A stretch of DNA of 24,336 bases from NCBI GenBank assembly GCA_038231435.1, contig JBBRLJ010000062.1, forward strand, positions 1-24,336, written 5' to 3'. The position numbers and the translations under genes are program-made. The first letter of the stretch is position 1. Every line of letters starts with the position of its first letter. The notes under the pieces are model-generated. The model was not told the origin of the DNA and did no database searches. It worked only from the letters and a program-made list of their open reading frames with translations. Below, piece after piece: positions 19,061 to 24,336 of the stretch. Source of the DNA: Planctomycetota bacterium (GTDB taxonomy: Bacteria > Planctomycetota > UBA11346).

Positions 19061-19082
19061 GCCCGGCTTCATGGGAGGGCGG

Positions 19083-19850
19083 ATGAAGCCACGGGTGCTG
19101 GTCCTGCGAGCCGCGGGAACCAACTGCGATGCGGAAACCGCCTATGCTTTCGAGCTGGTGGGCGGCCAGGCGACGACGCTCCACGTCAACCGCCTGCGCG
19201 AGGACCCCAAGGCCCTGCGCGACTACCAGGTGCTGGCGATCCCGGGCGGCTTCAGCTATGGCGATGATGTCGCGAGCGGCCGCATCTTCGCCAACGAGCT
19301 GATGAGCGCCCTGCGCGAGGAGCTGCTCGGGTTCGTGGATCGCGGCGGCTTCGCGATCGGCATCTGCAACGGCTTCCAGGTGCTGGTGAAGTCCGGCCTG
19401 CTGCCGCGGGTCGCCGGTTCGACCGTGGGCAGCACCGTGGCGCCGGTCCAGGAAGCGACCCTCACCGACAACCTCTCGGGCGTCTATCGCGACTGCTGGG
19501 TGCGCGTCGCCGGAGACCCGAAGCTCTGCCAATGGATCCCGGACGACCAGGAGGTCGAGCTGCCGGTCGCCCACGCCGAGGGCCGCTTCGCCGCCGCTGC
19601 GCCGGTCTTGAAGGCGCTGCAGGACCAGCATCAGGTCGCGCTGCGCTACACTGGCGGCACCAACCCCAACGGTTCCGTCGCGGACATCGCCGGCGTCTGC
19701 GATCGCACCGGCCGCGTCTTCGGCCTGATGCCGCATCCCGAGCGCTTCCTGCGCTGGGAGAACCATCCGCGCTGGACCCGCGAGCCGCGCCGACGCGAGG
19801 GCGATGGTGTGCGCTTCTTCCGCGAAGCCATCCGCCGCCTCGCGGCCTGA
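19083..19850 (+). CDS. purQ: Phosphoribosylformylglycinamidine synthase glutaminase subunit PurQ
   Basis: VLVLRAAGTNCDAET, PGGFSYGDD, GICNGFQVLV, PVAHAEG, NPNGS, GLMPHPER; GGAGG SD before ATG 19083. Confidence 0.95.
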   Translation: MKPRVLVLRAAGTNCDAETAYAFELVGGQATTLHVNRLREDPKALRDYQVLAIPGGFSYGDDVASGRIFANELMSALREELLGFVDRGGFAIGICNGFQVLVKSGLLPRVAGSTVGSTVAPVQEATLTDNLSGVYRDCWVRVAGDPKLCQWIPDDQEVELPVAHAEGRFAAAAPVLKALQDQHQVALRYTGGTNPNGSVADIAGVCDRTGRVFGLMPHPERFLRWENHPRWTREPRRREGDGVRFFREAIRRLAA

Positions 19851-19940
19851 TCGCACACCACGAATCACCTCCGACACCTCCTCGACCCAGCTCACTCCAA
19901 GCCTCCAAGCCAATCAGCCACGCCGCAAGGATCCTCAATC

Positions 19941-21326
19941 ATGCGCACCATCATCCTCGCCTCCGTCACCGCCGCGCTGGCTGCCCTGCTGCCGCTGGCC
20001 GCTGAGGAGACGACCAACCCGGCGCCGCTCGCGTCCGAGAAGGAAGTCGTCGAGAGCATCAAGGCGCCCATTCCGGTGTGGGCCAAGCGCGAGCTGACCA
20101 TCGGCACGCCGAAGATCCAGGATCTGGCGAAGACCGAGCTCTGGTACCGTTCATTCGATGGCAAGGCGTGGAGCGACTGGGCCAAGCACGGCATCGTCTT
20201 CGACGTCGGCTCGCCGATCGTCTGGACCCCGGCCGAGGGTGTATGGCAGGTCTACCTGCGGCCGTTCCTCACCAGCGGCCTGGCCGAGCCCGAACCCAAG
20301 GGTGAGCCGAATCCCAAGCTCAGCACCACCTTCATCATCGATCGCACCGCGCCAACCTGCGCGATCTCGTTCCCGGGCCCCAAGGCCAAGCTGCGCGGAG
20401 GCGAGAAGTACACGGTGAAGTGGGAGGCGTCGGATCCGCATCTGCGTTCCGCTCCGGTGACCCTGCTGTGGTCGCGCGATGGGAACACCTGGGATGTGGT
20501 TGCCGACAAGATCCCCAACAAGGGCGTCTACGAGTGGACGGTGCCGACCGACATGACTGTCTCCGGCCAGTTGAAGATCCAGGTCATGGACAAGGCCGAC
20601 AACGTCGGAAGCGCCGTGAACAGCGCGATCCTGGTGGACTCGATCAAGCCGCACGGCCAGGTCGTCGGTCCGGCGATCACCGCCTCGAACGAGACCACCC
20701 TCGACCTGCAGATCGCCGATGGCGGCCCCGCCGGCCTGCAGTCGGCCCAGCTGTGGGTCAGCCAGGACGACGGCACCAGCTTCACCGAGGGACCGTGGAT
20801 CAAGGATCCGAAGCACGTCGCCTGGAAGGCGCCAGGCGATGGCCGCTACCGTCTCGCCGTGGTCGCAATCGACCAGGCCGGCTGGAGCTCTCCGGTGCCC
20901 AAGGGCAAGAGCCCCGACCAATTCGTCGTGACCGTCGACACCACCCCGCCGCTGGTGCAGCTGCAGAGCGCGATCGGCATCGTCGATGCGGACAAGGCCC
21001 AGGCCAACAACCGCCGCGACTTCAAGCCGCGTGATCGCGTGCAGGTGCCGTTCGTGGTCAAGGACATGAATCCGGCCGCGAACACCGTCGCCATCTACCT
21101 GCAGGCCGGACCCGACAAGCCGTGGCAGGAGCTCACCCGCGGCCAGCCGCTTGATGCGGCATACCGCTTCGACATCCCGGAGCTCGCCGCCAAGGGCGCT
21201 CGCATCAAGGTGACCGCGACCGACGCCGCCGGCAATGTCGGCGAGGCGATCGCGAACGAGACTTTCAACATCCAGACCGCGGTCGTCCTCGAGGATCCGG
21301 GGCTGACCATCGATCCCGGGAAGTGA
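19941..21326 (+). CDS. Secreted protein with about four tandem Ig-like beta-sandwich repeats
   Basis: Signal peptide; repeated linkers IDRTAP/VDSIKP/VDTTPP and D-x-A-[GD]-[NW] motifs; Asp-box-like SRDGNTW, SQDDGTSF and SFDGKAW. Confidence 0.7.
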   Translation: MRTIILASVTAALAALLPLAAEETTNPAPLASEKEVVESIKAPIPVWAKRELTIGTPKIQDLAKTELWYRSFDGKAWSDWAKHGIVFDVGSPIVWTPAEGVWQVYLRPFLTSGLAEPEPKGEPNPKLSTTFIIDRTAPTCAISFPGPKAKLRGGEKYTVKWEASDPHLRSAPVTLLWSRDGNTWDVVADKIPNKGVYEWTVPTDMTVSGQLKIQVMDKADNVGSAVNSAILVDSIKPHGQVVGPAITASNETTLDLQIADGGPAGLQSAQLWVSQDDGTSFTEGPWIKDPKHVAWKAPGDGRYRLAVVAIDQAGWSSPVPKGKSPDQFVVTVDTTPPLVQLQSAIGIVDADKAQANNRRDFKPRDRVQVPFVVKDMNPAANTVAIYLQAGPDKPWQELTRGQPLDAAYRFDIPELAAKGARIKVTATDAAGNVGEAIANETFNIQTAVVLEDPGLTIDPGK

Positions 21327-21480
21327 ACCTCAGCGTCTGATCAGATCGATGCTACGGCGGGCGCAGTTGCGCCCGCCGTGTCGTTGGCCCGATGGTCGAC
21401 CCATGTGTTCCCGGCATGCGCGTGCACCAAGGGGCACGCATGCCTGGATCATGCGACCCGGATCGCACAATGATCGGGAC

Positions 21481-23454
21481 ATGAAACCGCTCCCGTTGCT
21501 CGACGGCCTCCTGGCACCCGCGGACCTGCGCAAGTTCACGCCAACGCAGCTCACGCAGATCGCCGACGAGATCCGCTTCCGCATCAAGGAGACGGTCAGC
21601 ACCCACGGCGGCCACCTCGCCTCCAATCTCGGCACCGTCGAACTCACGCTCGCTCTGCATCGCGTCTTCGATTTCAGCTCCGATCGCCTGCTCTGGGACG
21701 TGGGCCACCAGGCCTATCCGCACAAGCTGGTCACCGGCCGAGCCGCGATGTTCGACACCAACCGCCAGAAGGGCGGCATCTCCGGGTTCCCCGATCCGCT
21801 CGAAAGCGCCTACGATCTCGCCAAGGTCGGCCACAGCTCGACCGCCATCTCGACCGGCGTCGGCGTCGCCGAGGGCTACCGGCGCCTCGGCCAGAAGCGC
21901 CACACGGTGGTGGTGGTCGGCGACGGCGCGCTCACCGGCGGCATGGCCTTCGAGGGCCTGATCAACGCCGGCCAGCTCAAGAGCGAGCTGATCGTGGTGC
22001 TCAACGACAACGGCAATTTCATCGATGCTCCGGTGGGCTCGCTGCATACCCATCTCGACCGCATCCGCAGCGGCCAGATGTACCAGTACCTGCGCGAGCG
22101 CTTCAAGGCCGCGCTCGGTCACTTTCCGCGCGCCGAGCGCATGAAGCGCCTCGCCAAGCATCTCGAGCTCGCGGCCGATCGCCTGATCTCGCCAGGTTAC
22201 ATTTTCGAGGATCTCGGCTTCAAGTATTTCGGGCCGGTCGACGGCCATTCGACCGCCGCCACCGAGGACGCGCTCGCGCGCGTCTCGAAACTGCACGGGC
22301 CCATCCTCCTGCACGTGCTGACCAAGAAGGGCGGCGGTTGGCAACCCTCCGCCGACGACCCTTTGAAGTTCCACGGGCCGAAGGGCTTCGACGTCGACAC
22401 CGGTTCCTTCCATCCGAAGGCTGCCGGCGGCAAGACCTATTCGCAGGTGTTCGCCGAGGAGCTCATCGCCATCGCCAGCGAGGACGAGCGCGTGGTCGCG
22501 ATTACCGCCGCCATGCCGTCGGGTACCGGGCTCCGCCAGTTCGCGCAGAAATTCCCCGATCGCATGTACGACGTCGGCATCTGCGAGCAGCACAGCTTCG
22601 CCTTCGCCGAGGGCTTCGCGATCGCCGGGCTGCGGCCGGTGGTCGCCCACTACTCGACCTTCGCCCAGCGCGGCTACGACCAGCTCTTCCAGGAGGTGGT
22701 GGTCCAGCGCAATCTCGGCATCGTCATCACCTTCGATCGCGCCGGCCTGGTCGGCGAAGACGGCGAGACCCATCAGGGCCTCTACGACATCGCCTGGAGC
22801 CGCACCCTGCCGGGGCTGGTCCTGCTCGCACCCAAGGACGGCGCCGAGCTGCGCGCGATGCTGCGTTGGACGCACGCCGAACGCTGCCAGGCCGAGACCC
22901 GCAAGGCGGGCTACTGCATCCGCTATCCGAAAGATGAGGTCCCAGCGATCGCCTGGAACGAGGAGTCCACCCCGATCCAACTCGGCAAGGCCGAGGTGCT
23001 ACGCCGAGGCCAGTCCCAGGCCGATGGCCCCCAGCAAGGTGGGAAAGTCCCGCTGATGATCTGGGCCTACGGCACCCCGGTGCGCACCAGCTGGGAAGCC
23101 CTCGCGCAGCTGGGCGACGCCGCCGGCGGCGTGACCCTGGTCAACGCCCGCTTCGCCAAGCCTATCGACACGGCCCTGCTCGCCGAGCTCGCGAAGACCC
23201 ACGCGCGCATCCTCACCATCGAGGACCATACGCTCCCCGGCGGATTCGGCAGCGCGGTGGTCGAGGCGGCGTCGGATCTCGGCCTGGCGATCCCGATCTC
23301 CAGATCCGGGGTGCGCGATGAATTGGTGCCGCACGCTGGCCGCGAGCAGCAGTTGGCGGCGCACGGATTGGATAGGGCGGGGATAGTGAAGAGGGTGAGG
23401 GAATTGCTCGGGATGCGCGATGCGCAGACGATCCCGTTTCCGAAGACGGGGTGA
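21481..23454 (+). CDS. dxs: 1-deoxy-D-xylulose-5-phosphate synthase
   Basis: GGHLASNLGTVELT, WDVGHQAYPHK, GHSSTAIS, GDGALTGGMAFEGL, LNDN, GPVDGH, ITAAMPSGTGL, DVGICEQH, DRAGLVGEDGETHQG, NARFAKPID. Confidence 0.97.
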   Translation: MKPLPLLDGLLAPADLRKFTPTQLTQIADEIRFRIKETVSTHGGHLASNLGTVELTLALHRVFDFSSDRLLWDVGHQAYPHKLVTGRAAMFDTNRQKGGISGFPDPLESAYDLAKVGHSSTAISTGVGVAEGYRRLGQKRHTVVVVGDGALTGGMAFEGLINAGQLKSELIVVLNDNGNFIDAPVGSLHTHLDRIRSGQMYQYLRERFKAALGHFPRAERMKRLAKHLELAADRLISPGYIFEDLGFKYFGPVDGHSTAATEDALARVSKLHGPILLHVLTKKGGGWQPSADDPLKFHGPKGFDVDTGSFHPKAAGGKTYSQVFAEELIAIASEDERVVAITAAMPSGTGLRQFAQKFPDRMYDVGICEQHSFAFAEGFAIAGLRPVVAHYSTFAQRGYDQLFQEVVVQRNLGIVITFDRAGLVGEDGETHQGLYDIAWSRTLPGLVLLAPKDGAELRAMLRWTHAERCQAETRKAGYCIRYPKDEVPAIAWNEESTPIQLGKAEVLRRGQSQADGPQQGGKVPLMIWAYGTPVRTSWEALAQLGDAAGGVTLVNARFAKPIDTALLAELAKTHARILTIEDHTLPGGFGSAVVEAASDLGLAIPISRSGVRDELVPHAGREQQLAAHGLDRAGIVKRVRELLGMRDAQTIPFPKTG

Positions 23455-23494
23455 GGGAACCGGTTTGACGAGAGGCGGGCGGAGGAATTCCGTT

Positions 23495-23537
23495 AGCTTT
23501 CTAGCTGTCCGCTGTCGGTTGTCAGCGGACAGCGGAC
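23495..23537. repeat. Degenerate heptamer array forming an inverted repeat
   Basis: GCTGTCC GCTGTCG GTTGTCA GCGGACA GCGGAC; GCTGTCCGCTG (23504-23514) pairs perfectly with CAGCGGACAGC (23523-23533). Confidence 0.7.
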
Positions 23538-23606
23538 GTCGGATCGCGGTAGGTCTGCATTCGGAGCCATCCATTTCTGGATCCTCAGTCTCCTAGCTCC
23601 GATTGT

Positions 23607-23690
23607 CGCTATCGGCATCGGCGTCAAGGCCATGCCGCGGAGGAACCGCGGTGGCCGCGGCGGCCAGCCTTGACCCCGATGCCGATAGCG
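23607..23690. other. T/Y-shaped hairpin: 24-bp stem capped by two small hairpins
   Basis: 23607-23630 pairs with 23667-23690 at 23/24 positions (one C-C mismatch). The interior holds CCGCGG-AGGAA-CCGCGG and TGGCCG-CGG-CGGCCA. Confidence 0.8.
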
Positions 23691-23713
23691 GGTGGTGCAC
23701 AAGGAGACAGAAG

Positions 23714-24061
23714 ATGGCGAAGATCCACGAACTCAGAGTGTGGGATGAAACTCGTACTGTGGTCAGATTAGTCCGTGATCTGACCGAATCGATGCGCGAC
23801 GGCTGCGGTCTGCGCGACCAGATGCGTCGCGCGGCCGTGTCGATCGGCTCGAACATCGCCGAAGGAGCCGGGCGCGGCAGCGATGCCGAATTGCGGCGGT
23901 TCCTGACGATCGCGCGCGGCTCCGCAGCCGAGCTGCAGGCGCAGCTGGCGATCGCCTGCGATGCGGGATTCGTGGAAGCCTCCGTGTTCGACCAGCTCGA
24001 CGAGCGCATCGACCATGTGCGGCGCATGCTCAGCGCGTTCATCATCCGCTTGAGCGGGTGA
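23714..24061 (+). CDS. Four-helix-bundle protein (TIGR02436 / 23S rRNA IVP / Avd-like), 115 aa
   Basis: ELRVW, LRDQMRRAAVSIGSNIAEGAGR, RRFLTIARGSAAEL; AAGGAG SD at 23701-23706. Confidence 0.92.
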   Translation: MAKIHELRVWDETRTVVRLVRDLTESMRDGCGLRDQMRRAAVSIGSNIAEGAGRGSDAELRRFLTIARGSAAELQAQLAIACDAGFVEASVFDQLDERIDHVRRMLSAFIIRLSG

Positions 24062-24075
24062 GGGAGGGGGAGCGG

Positions 24076-24110
24076 AAAGCTCAAAGCGAAAAGCAGAAAG
24101 CAGAAAGAGA
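24076..24110. repeat. Five-unit heptamer tandem array (AAAGCNN)
   Basis: AAAGCTC AAAGCGA AAAGCAG AAAGCAG AAAGAGA. Confidence 0.75.
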
Positions 24111-24127
24111 GAGACAGTCGACGGCGC

Positions 24128-24151
24128 GAGGCGGCGGTCACCCGCCGCCTC
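24128..24151. terminator. GC-rich hairpin spanning the stop codon of the second four-helix-bundle gene (possible terminator)
   Basis: GAGGCGGCGG-TCAC-CCGCCGCCTC, a perfect 10-bp stem; no immediate U-tract, although a pyrimidine-rich run follows on the minus strand. Confidence 0.4.
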
Positions 24152-24335
24152 CTGCGAGGGACTTCATGAATCCGGCGATCATCTTGCTGAGTTGGACGGC
24201 GCCGTCATGCATCGTGAGGTAATGGGATTCATCGACCAGGTGGTCATCGCTCGCCACCACCAAGTGATTGCGCAGCTCGCCGACGGAACCGTGGGCCATG
24301 GCGAGGAATCGGCGGAAATCGGCGTTCGTGCCGCG
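24138..24335 (-). CDS. Second four-helix-bundle protein, 5'-truncated by the window edge (not in the ORF track)
   Basis: Manual translation RGTNADFRRFLAMAHGSVGELRNHLVVASDDHLVDESHYLTMHDGAVQLSKMIAGFMKSLAGGGG* aligns without gaps to the C-terminal half of 23714..24061. Confidence 0.88.
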   Translation of the reverse strand, partial: RGTNADFRRFLAMAHGSVGELRNHLVVASDDHLVDESHYLTMHDGAVQLSKMIAGFMKSLAGGGG

Positions 24336-24336
24336 C

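Noticed and set aside
18867..19082. 72-aa N-terminal extension of PurQ (likewise the extended starts for pilT 9149, pilC2 14100, dxs 21349 and 23603)
   Set aside because: Family homology starts at the downstream ATG, usually with an SD. The extensions translate intergenic repeats or hairpins.
23455..24336. Diversity-generating retroelement or 23S rRNA intervening sequence
   Set aside because: Despite the Avd/IVP-like fold, no reverse transcriptase, TR/VR pair or rRNA sequence is visible within the window.

Overview
GC-rich bacterial chromosomal segment. The gene content (DUF1573-type and Ig-repeat secreted proteins, DUF4340-type protein, tandem pilC) is compatible with Planctomycetota/PVC, but that is an inference. 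From left to right: a 143-bp tandem palindromic repeat cut by the window edge; a SET-domain methyltransferase; a divergent AraC regulator and Gfo/Idh/MocA oxidoreductase; tRNA-Arg(ACG); then a long + strand run of trpG/pabA-scpB-DUF4340-like-rsmA-SurA/PpiC-like, a type IV pilus motor cluster pilT-pilB-pilC-pilC, gpmI, bioD, a DUF1573-like protein, purQ, an Ig-repeat protein and dxs. It ends with two convergent four-helix-bundle (TIGR02436/Avd-like) genes, the second of which is missing from the ORF track. The proteins are mostly housekeeping, and the unusual signal is in the non-coding DNA: (1) a four-helix-bundle module with a T-shaped 24-bp hairpin and heptamer arrays; (2) a dispersed family of GNA-triloop palindromic elements showing covariation; (3) four short ORFs that bridge one gene's stop codon to the next gene's start codon; (4) stems that occlude the Shine-Dalgarno sites of several pilus genes. 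No CRISPR array, integrase, transposase or reverse transcriptase was seen. All calls come from reading motifs; no database searches were run.
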